Shown here one piece after another: positions 1 to 13,566 of a stretch of 60,314 nucleotides of DNA. The DNA is from Bilabrum cf. latius (lineage: Eukaryota). A program made the translations under genes and the position numbers. Every line of letters starts with the position of its first letter. Within the stretch, counting starts at the first letter, position 1. Location: positions 868,001 through 928,314 of the forward strand of contig OZ237760.1 in the NCBI GenBank assembly GCA_965178125.1, given 5' to 3'. The notes beneath the pieces were generated by a model. The model was not told where the DNA came from and did no database searches. It was given only the letters and a program-made list of their open reading frames with translations.

Positions 1-709
1 GTGCATAGATCCATGACAAGGTATGCATTTTCTCTGTCTTGGAACGCGAAATGGAGGTTCACGACAGAAGTGCTTCGGCTCGTTGCCTGAAGCTCCCTCT
101 CCAAGACAAGGCGCCGAACCCGCTTTGGCGAGAGAGTTGACTTGTCAATTACTTTCATGGCATACACGATATTGTTTCGGAGCCATTTGACGGCATACAC
201 GGACCCGAATCCGCCCTGCGATACCAAAAAGAAGTTATGCTGAGGAGCGTGCTAAGGCGCACAGGGAACTCTGCATGGCGAGCAGAGCGTCAGAGCGCCA
301 CTCACTGATCCAATACTGCATATTTGCTCAAATTCGTACAGCTTCTTTGCCGATAGTTGGGAGAGTGTGCGCCGATTTGGCTGATCCATGCGATGCGAGG
401 TCTGCCCTGTAGGGTTAGGGGGGTCTGGTCCGTCATACTAGCCTGCAGACGCACCAACACTACTCGTCCCGCACCCCATTACCGCAACTTCGTCGCAAGC
501 ACGAATTATTTTTAGATTCGATCAATAGTGCGTGCCTCTGCCGAAGTTCAGGTCTGCCCTTGAGTCGAGCGCGAAAAGCATCACCGCATCATCAGATCCG
601 GATTTGTGGCCCCGGGCCGAAGGTTCGGTTCAACAACGAAGTTCCGCCATGCGGCTTGATCATGGATCCCGAACCTGTATTTCGGATACTATCTCGTTGG
701 TTGTTTCAA

Positions 710-3069
710 ATGGAGGAGGAGTATGACTACGATGATGATGAAAACTACGACTATATGGCAGAATATGAGGATAATGCATCGGAGCTTGCCGGAGAAGATG
801 ATCTTGGAGAAGATGATCTTGATGGCGGCGAGGAGGACTCCCCCGGCGTAGTGACGACCCAAGCCAGCGCGTCTGGGTCCGATGGCGTGGCACTATCTGA
901 TGATACCGTGCAGGTAGCGCAGACGTGCGCAGCTCGGAGGTCTGACAGCGACCAGCCTACTATCGACCGTGCCAACGGCACGCCCGCAATCAAGACAAAT
1001 GCAACTCCCGAGTCCCCGCGCACGTGGCAGCAGTATATACTACGTGTTCACGGAACCAATCCATAGGCCGCGAGGGTGATCGGAGCCAGCCCGGACGCTG
1101 CCAGCAGGCCGAGACATCAGCGCGGAATCCCGTTCTTGAAGCACGTCTCGTTTATTGAATCCCAGGCCTCCCGCCGGCGAGACATGTTCAAGGCTCGGGC
1201 CCGATTGGGATACTTGGCTGGCCTCGCCCGGATGGTTGCACGCCACGATCTAGGCAAGCTGCCGTCGCATGGAGCCCGCCACGCTTCCTCTCGAGCCGGA
1301 GCCCACGGCACCCACGGGGCCGGCGGCGGGTCAGGCGCGAGCGACCGCCAGCCCACCTCTGGCCAGGTGGCCCGCTGCGTGAGCCAGCTGCGGGAGCACC
1401 GCGAGTCCTCTCAGATGGTGGCCCGTCTGCTGTCGAGGCCGCTGCCCGAGTGCCTTGTGGCCCTCCGGCACACGGGCTGGGACGAGAACAGGGCCGTGCA
1501 GTGGCTGCTGGACAAGGCGGAGGGTATTGGGAGGGGCTCTGCCTTCTACAGGGAACTACAGGCATTCAGGGCTGCGGTGCGGCAGGACCAGCTGCACCCC
1601 CCGAGGGAGGACACGGTGAGGAGGCACAGGCCCGAGGCGGTGAGGCTCATGGAGTTCTTCGGGAGGAGCGAGGTGGACGCGATCGTGGCGCTGGACAACA
1701 ACGCGGGCAGCGTGGAAAGGTGAGAAGCCAACGATCCCAGCCCCAGTTGGCGACGGTGGTGCAGACGCCCCCGCCAGCTCTCGCCCCTGCTGCCACCCGC
1801 CCATGCAAGTGCCATTGCCTTCCAACTCTCGCCCCTGCTGCCACCCGCCCATGCAAGTGCCATTGCCTTCCAACTCTCGCCCCTGCTGCCACCCGCCCAT
1901 GCAAGTGCCATTGCCTTCCAACTCTCGCCCCTGCTGCCACCCGCCCATGCAAGTGCCATTGCCTTCCAACTCTCGCCCCTGCTGCCACCCGCCCATGCAA
2001 GTGCCATTGCCTTCCAACGTCACCTCCGCACACGCACCTGTGTTTTCCCAACCGCAGAGCGGGAGCATGGCTGTTGTCTAATCCGCAGCTGCCAGCCAGC
2101 GATGCCTCCAAAGCTGCCGAGATCCGGGCTGCCATCCGGGCCATGGACGCACCCGCCCCTCCTGGCTCAGGGTCATCTTCGGACGGCGAGCCCGAGCCCG
2201 AGCCCGCGGCAGGGGCCGGGTCAGGGGCCGGTGCCTCCGCTCCATCGGCCGCCGCGGGGTCCGACGGCGAGGACTGCCCCGAGGTACCCCCCGGAGACAG
2301 GGCCCTCGAGTCCACTCGCAACGAGCTGGACTCGGTGCGCATGGACCTGCTGTGCGACCACCCGGCCAAGGGCCTGGCGGAGTTTGCGGCCCCCACCGTG
2401 GCCAAGGGGGCGATGTGCGCGTGGGCCCGCAGTGCCCGTCCCGAGCTGACCGAGGTCGAGGTGAGGGACGCGGGGCACGGGACAGGGCTAGGGGTGGCGC
2501 ACGTGGGCCAGTGGATGCACGCGCCGGAGAGCGGCACCAGGACGTGCGCGGCCCGGCGGTTCGCTTGGCTTCCGAGACGGCTAAGGGGGGGCGTGAGCGT
2601 GCAGCTGCAGGCCGGCCACGCGCGCATGGGTCGCGGGTGCCCCGATGACGCGGAGCCCGTGGCGCAGTTCTGCACCAAGGGTGACTGCTCCGTATTCGTG
2701 CTCTTGCCGCAGGCCATCGCGGCCCAGGGGTATCTGCCCCCGTGGCTGGAGGCCCAGGGTTTTGAGCTGCAGCCCGACTGCGTGGTGGTGGCCTCGCAGG
2801 GACGCGACCTGCCCGCCGCTGTGGCTGCCGGCGGGGTCTTCCGCGGGAGCTCGTTGGATGCGAGCGCATAGGACGTATTTTTGGTGTTCGAGTGCGCGCA
2901 CGTGGGGCCGCGGGCTGGGGTGCCGGCGGGGCCGAGGGCTTGGGTGATGGGCAAGAGTGGGACTGGGATCCCACCGAAGTGCTCGCACGACGAGGTCATT
3001 GGAAAGGCGAGCATGTACGGTGTGGTGGTGGCGCCGCCATCTTCCGGGCGGTTGCGGAAGGAGGTTTGA
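710..3069 (+). CDS. UBA-like domain protein with acidic N-terminus (spliced; 2 in-frame TAG)
   Basis: ATG at 710 (MEEEYDY...). TAG at 1064 and 2869 are read through in frame; stop is TGA 3067-3069. Intron 1720-2057 (GTGAGA...CCGCAG) restores ALDNNAGSVER|AGAWLLSNP, a UBA-like helix; a second UBA-like segment is CLVALRHTGWDENRAVQWLLD. A further intron 2461-2712 is possible. Confidence 0.65.
1778..2017. repeat. 48-bp minisatellite x5, intronic
   Basis: Unit CTCTCGCCCCTGCTGCCACCCGCCCATGCAAGTGCCATTGCCTTCCAA repeated five times inside the 1720-2057 intron. Confidence 0.95.
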
Positions 3070-3254
3070 TCTTGAATCACCGAATGGAGCCCCGCTCTCC
3101 AGCAAATCAAATGTCAGAGGGAAATTGTGGCATAATATGAGCCTCAATCGAATGTACAAAGTCCAGGAGTCAGCCCACTCGTCAACCAATTTCAAGACGC
3201 AGCGGCAGCGGTAGGGCGCTGACCTGGACGGTTCATCGACCCCACAGCTGCGAT

Positions 3255-5920
3255 TCACTTGGGCACGCATGCGATGGATCCGTCCCTGTCCTTGTAGCTT
3301 GCGACCGCCTTGAGGTGGCAGTACATCTTGGCCTGCCCCGCCTCATCTTTGGCGGTGTACCCTCCCATCAACGAGTTGTAGTCAGCGGCGGCGCAGCCCT
3401 GCGTGGCCTTGCAAGCCCCGCAGCAGTCATCCTCCGAAGTGACAATGTAGGTGGCCATGTCGGAGCCATCAAGGCCTGTGTTGGCCTTCCACTCGCAGTC
3501 GCTGCTGGGGTCGAACGGCGAGGGCTTCGGCCCTGGCTTGGGCGAACTGGAGCACTCGGACTCGTTCTGCATCGAGTGCAGGATGGACGCATGCCAGGCC
3601 TCGAACTCGGCCGCCATCTCTTGCAGCATGGCCGGGTGCTCCTTGGACAGGTCATTCCTCTCGCCCAGGTCCTCGTCCAGGTTGTACAGCTGCGGCTGCC
3701 TGCACACGTCCTGCGTGCAGCTCTTGGACCCCACCACGTACTTCCACGGGCCCTTGCGCAGGCCGAACCCGTGCACGGGGTCTGCGTCAGGCGTGTCGAA
3801 CATCCAGCCCACGGTGCGGTTGGGCGGCATACCCTGCCCGGTGAGCAGCGGCATCATGCTGACACCGTCAAAGGCCCAGCCGGACTGGTCCTTCGGGCGC
3901 TGCACCCCGTACGCCTCCATGATGGTCGGCAAGATGTCCGTGGTCACCAGCAGGTCCCAGCTCTCTGCCCCCTGGCCCTGCCTGACTACCCTGGGCCACG
4001 AGATCACGCTGGGCACGCGGTGCCCGCCCTCGTAGATGTCGCGCTTGCGGCCCCTCAGGGGTCCCGCGCTGCCGGGTCCCTCCTCGGGCCGGTGCTCAGT
4101 GCCCTAGCAGATGCCCAGCGGCGGGCAGTTCTCCTCGGGGCCGTTGTCAGTGGCGAGCACTGTCATGGTGTTGTCGCTGTAACCACGCTTGTCCAGCGCG
4201 CGCATCACCCTGCCGATCGCCGAGTCCAGCTCCGTGAGGCAGGCGTAGAAGTCCAGCTCCGTGTCCGTGTACGGCTCCCCGACGGGCGGCTTGCACGTCT
4301 TGTTGGCGGCGCAGTCTGCCCTGGCCTGGGTGGTTCCGATGAATGGGATGTGGCAGTTGTGGAAGGAGATCTGCGCCACGAAGGGAGCCCCCTCCCGGCG
4401 GTCCAAGAACCTCTCGAAGCTGTCCGTGAGGTACTCGGTGTCGTCGATGGGAGTGGGCCACGTCAGGTTGGTCACCCCGTGCTCGGACTGCTCGTCGTCC
4501 CACCAGTAGTTGAAGCAGCAGCCGCGGGGGAGGTTGGGGCCACCCGGGTTCGTGCCGCCGTTGCAGTGGGTGGGCTTGCCGTAGTGCCCGTAGTCCACGT
4601 TCTTGATCCACTCCTCGTTGCACTGGTAGTTGAGGGTGGCGGTGGGCGCCACCTCCACTGTGGCGTTCATGTGATCGAAGCCGTGCGAGATAGGGGAGGA
4701 GACGCGGCCCCCGTACCGAGCCGAGTCGTTGTAGAAGCTGCCGAGGTGCCACCTGCGTAGTATTATAAAGCCAGGAGATGCTTTGGGTAGCAGGGACACG
4801 CTGCGGCACAGGTGGGGCAGGTGAGAGACGAGTGCACGATACATTCACACTGACTCACTTGCCCTGGAAGAAAGATTCAATGCCCAGCCCCGCAGCACGG
4901 GCAGCGTCCCCGATGGTGTACGTGTGCTGTGGCGCAAACTCGAAGTCTGGGACGCACTCGGTCATATCACTGCGAGAGGTGTTGCAGCTAGCTCTTGGCG
5001 TCTGACGGATGCATCCCTACGGAATCGAGGCAGCGCGCGCATGATGCCTTCCATGTAAGGTCTCACGAGCAGCCGTAAACATAATCTACGCAATCTCTGA
5101 AATGGTTGCGGCCCTGCGAAGAGCGACTTGGGTTTGGAATCCCGCGAGCTCTGAGAGTGTGTAGACAATCTACTAGCAAAGTGCGCAGGGTCGTGCCGCA
5201 ATGCTGAAGACGAGAGATTCTTACGGTTAGAATGGTTGCTCTGGTCGGACTACATACTGTCCCACCACTGTGCATATCTTCCAGAATAATGGAGCCTTCT
5301 CGCCTCGCCCATGCGTCGATATTAGGCGTGGCAGCGGTGCTGCGGCACAGGCTTACGGATTATCAGGATTATACTCAAAAGGTGAACATACAACTGCTTG
5401 CTCGCATAGATGCCACGAATGCTGTAAAGACTGCAGACAGAACCTCGCGCGTTGTGGTAGATCCAGTTGCGCGTGTGGGTGCTCTCACCCGTTGTTGAAC
5501 CCAAAGTCAGCCCTGCGCAGTGTGTCGCAATAGTATGTTGAAGGGTTGCGTGAGTGCATGTTGCGGGGGGCGCATCACAAGTATGCAGGGAGGCGCTGCC
5601 GTCCCACCGCGAAAGCTACCGAAGCAACTAGTATTTTGGACAGCCAAGGGCATTTTCAAGCAGGTTGCGCAGTGCAAGTGCGCCTCACCAGCCAATATCA
5701 TCCCCGAGAAGTACCTGCAACCGAATGGATTAACATTGACTTAGAATGCAGCGTGTGCTTCGTGTTTCTGCGAGCGAAGCCGTCCCGTCGGCTAAGGTCC
5801 GGTCCTTCAGTCAACACGTGCTCTTACCAGGAAACTGGGGGTATCGCTGGCAGATGCAGCAGATGTAGAAAACGGTAGATGCGCCAAGCATAGCGCCGCT
5901 GGTACGATAAGGCTGCGCAT
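3255..5920 (-). CDS. Secreted formylglycine-type sulfatase with C-terminal PAN/Apple-like domain
   Basis: Spliced exons (six GT-AG introns in the 5' part) give signal peptide [23 protein letters not shown], catalytic CSPTR, GKWHLG, TDNGP and [18 protein letters not shown]; the last motif lies just after in-frame TAG 4104-4106. Cys-patterned C-terminus [12 protein letters not shown]...CHLK. Stop TGA 3255-3257. Confidence 0.92.
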
Positions 5921-6142
5921 GGTCCCAATGCAGCGTACTACTGAAGCATTTGGCGAACGACGGTTGGTGAACTTGTGCGATATAATCAACTTTGGCACCT
6001 TACAGGATCCAAGTGCGCGACGAACCCAGGCTTGGCCCAGGCCTGCTTCGAGTCCAGCGATGGCGAAGCTGTGCACGTTGGGTCGAATCAATCAGCGCGG
6101 CAACGTCCACGAGCCGCAGCATGCGCTACTAGAAGCCCCTGG

Positions 6143-9100
6143 TCAGCAGCAGCAGTAGCAGCTGCCAAAGCAGCAGGAGCCTCTCCCGCTTGCCCCTTTG
6201 GCCACCCCCGGTAGCCCGTGCTCGCTCGTCTCCTGCCGCGCCGCGATCACCCTCACTCCTCTCCTCAGCGGCGTCACCACGTCCTGCACCTCCTCGGGCA
6301 CCAGGGTCAGTAGCTCCCGAGCGGACTGCAGGGACTCTTGCAGGGTGCTAGCCTGCGGCCAGTAGTAGAGAGCTACGGCCAGGGCGAAAGCAGAGGCAAA
6401 TACCCAGGTGACTGCGGTCACAACGCGGTCTGTCTGCGCCAGTATGTCCTCCACGTCGCTGTTCATCGCCAGGAAGGAGAGAATGAAGGCGTCCCGCATG
6501 TGGGGATGCTCAAGCTGACCCATGGCCAGCAGCCTCTCCCTGTTCTCCACAGTGTCCATGTCCACGCCCTCGATGACAAGCCCATCCACCGTGCCCCCAT
6601 CCACCTCAGCAGCCCCCTCGTCCGCCACCACCTGTGACCTCAGCTCCCTGGCGATGGACTGCAGAGAGGCCACTCCCGTCAGGAGCCCTCGAGACAGCGC
6701 GCCGCTGTCCACCACCACGCAGGCCGCCAGCTGCATCTGCGGGTCGTTGGAGTACGAGTCGTAGATACTCGTGATGTTGGCCTCCCGCAGCAGCAGCGGC
6801 AGCCGCTCGTCGCCGACCCCCGCGAGCTCCGTGCCCCCGACCTGCTCCCCCACATCCAGCCTGAGGTTGGCGGGATCCAGCCACCTCTGCTTCGAGTGCC
6901 CCGAGGTATACACCTCCGTGCACGCGTCCTCCCTAAGGAGCTTGAAGGCAGAGGAGGACTCGTCCAGCGGGGGCAGGTAGATGGACACCGACGTGTACTC
7001 AGTGCTGGCAGTGCCTCCGAACTGCACCAGCCGCGCCTGGCTCGTGAGGCTGGCATCCCTTTCGACCAAATCCATGACAGCCTGCTCCTGATCGGAACTG
7101 CCTGCCTCCTGCAGCACCACCTCGATGCTGTCTCGGACCAGAACCATGGCATCCAGTGCAGTGCTGGTGACAGCCTGCATCCGGCGAGTAGTCAGCTCGG
7201 CCGCCAATATCTGCGCCCGGAGATACAGCACGTTGAACAGCAGCAGCCCCACCACCAGGATCACAGGAGACATGAACATAGACACCTTGTTACACACAAA
7301 GTTTGAAGAGGTCGAATGAGGCCGTCCCGCCGGCGGGATGGGTCCATCCCCAAACGCATACCCCTACCTCAACCTGCCTCCCCCCAGCGAATTCGGGACA
7401 CCTGCGCTGCCTCCTCTGATCGGCATCTCCGGTTCTACCTGGCTCAGATGGTGTGCATGTCGAGCCGCTTCATCTTCGGGCTTGTCGTGGCGCTCCACCC
7501 CAGACACATCCGCAGATCCCGCACCCTCCCCCTTGGGATCATCCATCTGGCCCAGCTCAACGAAATGAACATGGCCGCTGACGGCCTTCCTCTCGGAATG
7601 CTTCCACTCTAAGTTGCCCCCACCATTGTGTTGCCTCCCTGCAGCGTGTGCAGCCACACGTCGATTGACCTGCTTCTCGGCCGCCCGCAGCACGGCGCGA
7701 TATTCCTCGTCCTCGTCCTGTTGCTGCACAAACATTTGCTTCTCCCTCTCTTCGTCCTGCAGACCCACGCCCCGCTGACCCATGAGCATGCCGCCCTGCT
7801 GACCGTTTCCGCCGAGCCCCTCCACTCCGATCAGATCCATCGCCGCCTCGGCATCATCGGTGGCGGCCAGCAGCCGCTCCAGCCCGGCCTGCGAACGGTC
7901 TCTCAAAGTCTTTGCCAGACGCCGCGGGATGTGCAGCAGCAGCATGGTAACGGCCTAGGTGCGCTCCGATACGTTACGAACCGCCAAATAGAAGATAGGC
8001 ATGGCCACCAGCACACATAGAGAGAATGCCACGCAACCCGCGATAATGAGTTCCAGCTGCACGCGCGGCATCATGTCGACAAGGTCCTGGTTGCGGAGGG
8101 CCTGCGAGTGCAGCATGCTGTCCCGGAATGCCACATAGTTGAGCGCGAGGAACCGCATCTGGACCGAGTTCACCTCATTCATCTCTTCGATCGGCAACTG
8201 GGCCAATCTCTCCACGGCCGCGTACATGTCGATGGCCAGGTCGTTGAGGCTGGCGAGCCGCTCGGTGGTGTGGTTGGAGCGCCCCGATGCCGCTGGCTGC
8301 TGCACCACGATCCTGTCTTCCAGTTCAAAGGCAAATGCAGACTCTCCTCCGTCCTTCTGGAGCTCGAAGAGAATGTCGTGGTGGTAGATCATGTGCCCAA
8401 TGTACGACACCATGTGAGCCACATCGTACGTGGGCTGGTTTGGCTGCACCCCAGCCTTGATACGGTCGTACATCTGGAGAGGAAAGGAGGTATTCGGGTC
8501 GTAGTGGTCGCACTAGGAGCACGTGTAGTCGCTGTACCTGTCTAGCTCGGCAACATACGTCATGGCATGCTCGTAGTCCAGGCTACGGGCAGCTGACTGC
8601 ATCAGTCCATTGGTGTGGTTGCCAACCCTCCTGATGGCATCGTCCAGCCACACCATCTGCACCACGCCAATCATGAACACGGCGATAGTCAGACCCAGTA
8701 ATGTATACCTTGTATTTACAACTTCCGGTTCAGTCTTTGTAGCCAGCTGGTGGATGTGTCTCCGCACCGCGATGCTCGCCTAGGACCCCATGCTGGCCAG
8801 CGACTCGGCGCCCCTGGGCCTAGAGGCACCTCCGACGGAGGGCATAGAGTTCCGTCGAAGAGGTTGCTAGCTCGCGCGCGACTGTCCTGGCCAAGCACGC
8901 GCCATACCTCCGGTAGGCGACTGCTGCACCGTCAGTGCAGCTAGAGCGGTCCCACCGAACCGGCTTGCTGGGGCGGCATGGTTGTCGCTGATGCTGCCTC
9001 TCCTGTGACCGCGTAAGCGGTGCTTGTCGGTGCGGGCCGGTCGATCGCGCGCGTCGTGCTGCAAACTGCTGCGTCTACCGCGCCCATGCGGGTGGCGCAG

Positions 9101-12100
9101 GATGCCGTGCAGGTCGTTCTGGCCGACTGCTTCCTGTGGAGGACTCTTGCCCACCGGTAGCGGCGAGACCATGTGATGGGCTAGCGGCTGCCGGTCATCT
9201 GGATGCTGGGACCAGCTGGAGTTGTTGCGTCGTGCCGCCGCCAGAATGGCTGCGGCAGGAGACCCGTGGGTCTGCTCGCCAACAGATGGCTGCGACTTGC
9301 TGCCGTTCTGGTCGTTCTTGTGCTCCGACGTGGTGTCGGCATCCGCCGTACTACTCGCTTCATCGTGCGTGCTGCTCTCGTGCCGTTCGATGTTGCCGTG
9401 CTCATGGAGGTCGACATGCCCAGCAGCGGTGCTGGAAGCAGACGAGTGTCTTCCGCCCAGTCCGTCGCTGTCCTCCTCGACCTTGGATCCATGCACCCCG
9501 TCTGCCTCTGATGCAATTTGTAAGTGGCGCCGCACTCCGACTGGACCGCTTTGTCCACCTTCGCTGGGGCTACCTGGCGCCGAGTCCTGCACTAGAGCTT
9601 GACTAGAGCTTGCCGCTGCTGGAAGTTCACCGCTGTCTCCCGCTGCCTGATCACGGAGGGGGGCACTTTCGGCGCCTCGATCAAGCTGCTCCCAGGACCC
9701 CGTCCTCTTGGCACGTAGGCCAGCCACACCATTGCCTGCAGCTACTGCCCGAGAGAGTATACCGATTGGCTCTCGGTGCCGGCGAGCGTCATTGTCGCTG
9801 TCGGAGCCCGTGCCGGGTTCCACTCCGTCGCTACTCACGGCAACCTCGGCACCAAACGATGACGACTCACTGCCTCCAGCATCTACCTGGTGCATACCGG
9901 CCTGCAGCCTAGACTCGACTCTCTTGTCCGCAAGCTTCCACCTTAGCACGAAAAACGAGCTGGCGCCTGCAGGCAACTCTACAAACTGCAAGCTGCCCAG
10001 CAGCAGAACGTCTCCGTACGGAGTGCCGACCACCGGAACCAGTCCGATGGACTCCCCCATCAGCGCTGTCATGGGCTTGATATCAGCTAACCTGTCTCCG
10101 GGGAGGTGCTTCCACCTTTGCATCGCCGGCTGAAGCCCCTCGGCACCGGCCTTGTCCTCCACCCCACCTGAGGCTGTCGATCCAATCGTCAGCCGCGACT
10201 AGTGCCGCCGCAGCATGGCGCTCTCCGGGTCCACTCTAGTGTTCCATTCTCCCATTGCGAGGAAGCTCTTGCCACGTGACATCCCGGGTTTGCTTGAGCC
10301 TGGGACAAGCCCGCCACCGTACGGTGTATACTTGCTGCCTGATGCGCTGGAACCAGAGTTGGACCCAGCCGAATGCCGTCGTGATCTGCGCTCGTGCCCG
10401 TTGCGTGCCATTTCTGGGCTGGTTGCACCGTCGCTGTCTCCTCCCGCAATGCTGAGCAGGTCAACATCGGTCAGCTCAGAACCCGGTGCCGTCGTGGGGC
10501 CATCTGACCTGCTCTGTCGCCGCGCCCTTCGTGCCGTGGAGGGCTGCCCGCGCTTGACTGCGCCCGCGCCGGGTATGATGGTCTAGCCGTGGGCATTGGC
10601 ACTGCTTCCTCCTTCTGTTCTCTGGATGCGCCTCAGCCCGAACTGAAGCTTGACATCGTGCACAGCTGGTTGTGTCTTCAGTTGCCTCACCTGCTCCTTG
10701 CTGAGCCGGACAGAGGCAGACTTGAATGATCTGGCCATGGTCGGAAAGAAGGCCAGCATGGAGGCCCTCCCGTCCGCGACCTGCTCTTGGCTGATCCCCA
10801 GAAGATCCACTGATTGCGGGGAGGCCGCATGAATGCGGAACTCTTCCTTTGCGGGGGCAAAGAGGATGTACGAATCCTCCGACTAGATCTCACGAATGAC
10901 CGCAGTGAACCTGGGCTCAAAGGTGCGCTCATCCGGTGGCGATTCGATGATAGTCTGCCACGCCGGGACCAGAGAGCCGTTCTGCCGCTGGTAAAACACG
11001 GCCCTCTCGCGGTTAAGTACGCGGCTACTCTGCCTGGGGGAAGCCGCGAATCTGTTCATGAAAAGGTTGTGCCCGGATCGGATCGGCTCGGGCAGGATCT
11101 GATTGATATCCCGGCCCAGCAGGGCCGACTGCGTGAAACCAAGGAATCGACAGGCAGCCGGCGAGACTGCCACAATCTCGCCCATGGAGGAACCCGACCC
11201 CGAGATGGAGATGACGGCGCTGCTCTCGTCCAAAAGAGACAGCTGCGCGGCCTTCACGTCGTTCATGTAGTCCGTCGACACGCCCAGCATGCCCTTAGAA
11301 GCCAACTCTCGACGGCGAGCGGCCGCAGCAGTTGCGTTGTGCAGGCCGGCAGGGGCGAGGTGTCCGAAGCGTCCCTCGTGCTCCCTCATATCCTGGTTAG
11401 AGCCCTTGGCCGGCTTCAGCAGAGTCACCGTCCGGATGGCAGTCATCTTGTCGGCTCTGTGCACCTCTTCCAGCCGGTCCGCCTTGTTGAGGAGCTCCTG
11501 CGCCCGCTCTGGGTCCTGCCCAAGGTCCAGCAGGTGCGTGGCGTATGCCCTAAGCGCACTGGTGCTGTCGCTGTTGAGGTCCAGCATGGCCTTGTGCAGG
11601 TGGTCGGCTTGCTTGAGAGTGCGCTGCAGCTGCACACCCAGCTGCCACAGCTTGTCCAGGTCCGGGGATGACGAGGCGAGCGCTTGCCAGAGCTGTGAGA
11701 GTAGCCGGAACCCCATGGAGCGGGCCTCCTGGGCCTGGTTGAACATCTGGTCGAAGAGCACCCTGTCCACGGGGGATTTCTGTTCGGAGCCGTTCTGCCT
11801 TAGCTGGGTGGACCGCTCGTAGATGTGGAATAGGACGTCGAGGGACGGAGACAGTGCCCTCGCGCGGGCAAGGGCGACGGCCTCGTGAAGCAGCCACGGG
11901 CTGTGGTCCTTGAATCCGATCGAGGCCAACATGCAGGCGATGTCAGACTGAGGGAACTGGGACAGCAGGAACTGCATCCCTCTGAATGCCTCGCGAAGCA
12001 GCCGGCGCTGCTCGGTGTGCCTCGCCCGAGCCGCGCGATCCACGGCGGCCGTCACGGACCCGCCTGCCTTCCCTGCTGTCGGTGCGCTGATCGATGCACC

Positions 12101-13566
12101 CTCGCCCCCGCCACCCAGGCTGTCAGGGCTGTCTGCCCCTCCCGCAAGCCCGCCCTGCCCCTGCTCGGCGCGTCCCATTGCAACCAGAGCATCGGAGGCG
12201 CGCTGTCGCTGCTCGGCGGCCTCATCGTGCCTCTCTTCCTCTTCGTCCTCGGCGGTGGCAGCAGACGCGTACGCTTGGGCCGTGGTTGCATCTGCCAGAG
12301 ATTCGATGCTGGCGATAAGGCGGAGACGATGGCGCACCCATGCATTGACGTCGTACACCGAGGCGGATGATCCTGCGAATTGCTCCAGACGCATCGCCAC
12401 CACCGTCGTGTGCCTGACGTACGCAACCATGCCGCCCGCTGCCCCGGCCAGCATGCCGCCCAGTATGACCAGGGCTGAATAATCCGAGTCGCCGCCCTGC
12501 ACTTGTGCAATGGCAAGGCATACACCAAACCAGAGGTACGCTGCAGCCAGACCCGCCAGGAAGCCGTTCATCGCGGGCTTTGGATGAACCAGCATGGTGG
12601 TTTGCAGGTAGTACCACAGCAGGCCGGAGGCAATCAGTACCATGGACATGTAGACGGTGCCGTCGAGCTACTTTGCGAACAGGTTGCTCAGAAGAGACAA
12701 GATCAGCATGATCAGCAGGATGACTAGGTCTAGCCTGCCGGTGGCTTTGGCGGCCCACGAGTCCGACGTGGGCTCCTTGTTGTGAAACACGCTTGCGACG
12801 AGAAGTGACATGGCTGCGGTAGCGAGAGAAAAAATGATGGCGGAGTGTGGATGACATACCTTGGGCCGATCATTGAGTGACCTTATTTTTTGGAACGCCA
12901 GAGTTGCTGACCGGGTTGCCCCTGCAGCCAAATCCAGTCATGCTCACCAGCAAGTATCACGAGAAGAAGTACAGCAAGCACGGCAACAATGATCCTTGAG
13001 GCTGAGGAGCAGCTTACGCCTTGATGCAGCCAGTCATCGTTGCTGCACGAGAGACCCCTGAAAAGGAGACCGGCCAAGGGCTGGAATAGCACGCCGGCGG
13101 TAAGACTCCCGGCCCATCGAAAGGTACGAAGTAGAAGTCCGTTCTACGGCCAGTCGAATAGAAAACTAATACCTACAAGGCATGCAATGCAACAGACAGC
13201 CAGAGTCCAGAGCGCTGCCAATGCAAAAAGCCAGACGAAAGCAGCCGTCTCGGCAGTTGCACTAGCTAAGGCTAGGTACTGAATTCCTTCGCCAATTGCT
13301 AGAGTCCATGGTGAGTTTTTCCATGGCAACTAATCCGTTGGCTTGAGTACAATGGATGACAGCTAAGCCCAGGCTATCAGCTGACCAGCAATAAAAGACA
13401 CTTTAAGGTCATGCTGCGTCCGGGTGAGCAGACTCATGGTGCCAAAAACAGACCTGTTTATCTGCAGACCAACCCGATCGAGCCATGTTGTTGCCTTTGA
13501 TTCGTCGAAGAAACCCTGGCCTCGAGCCAGTTGTGATGCGGATACACCAGCGCCATTCCCGTCCAT
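6143..13566 (-). CDS. Giant (~2,430 aa) multi-pass membrane PAS-domain sensor (TmcB/TmcC-like)
   Basis: Adjacent minus-strand track ORFs join in one frame through 12 TAG codons (13363, 13330, 13144, 12668, 10883, 10583, 10199, 8867, 8780, 8513, 7955, 7364) plus intron 12947-12814. Order: N-terminal TM helices, TPR-like helical region, PAS (IVAVSPAACRFLGFTQSALLGRDINQILPEPIRSGHNLFMNRF), C-terminal TM helices. Stop TGA 6143-6145. Confidence 0.85.

Noticed and set aside
409-423. TAGGGTTAGGG near the window start
   Set aside because: Under two repeat units with no associated element end; compatible with chance.
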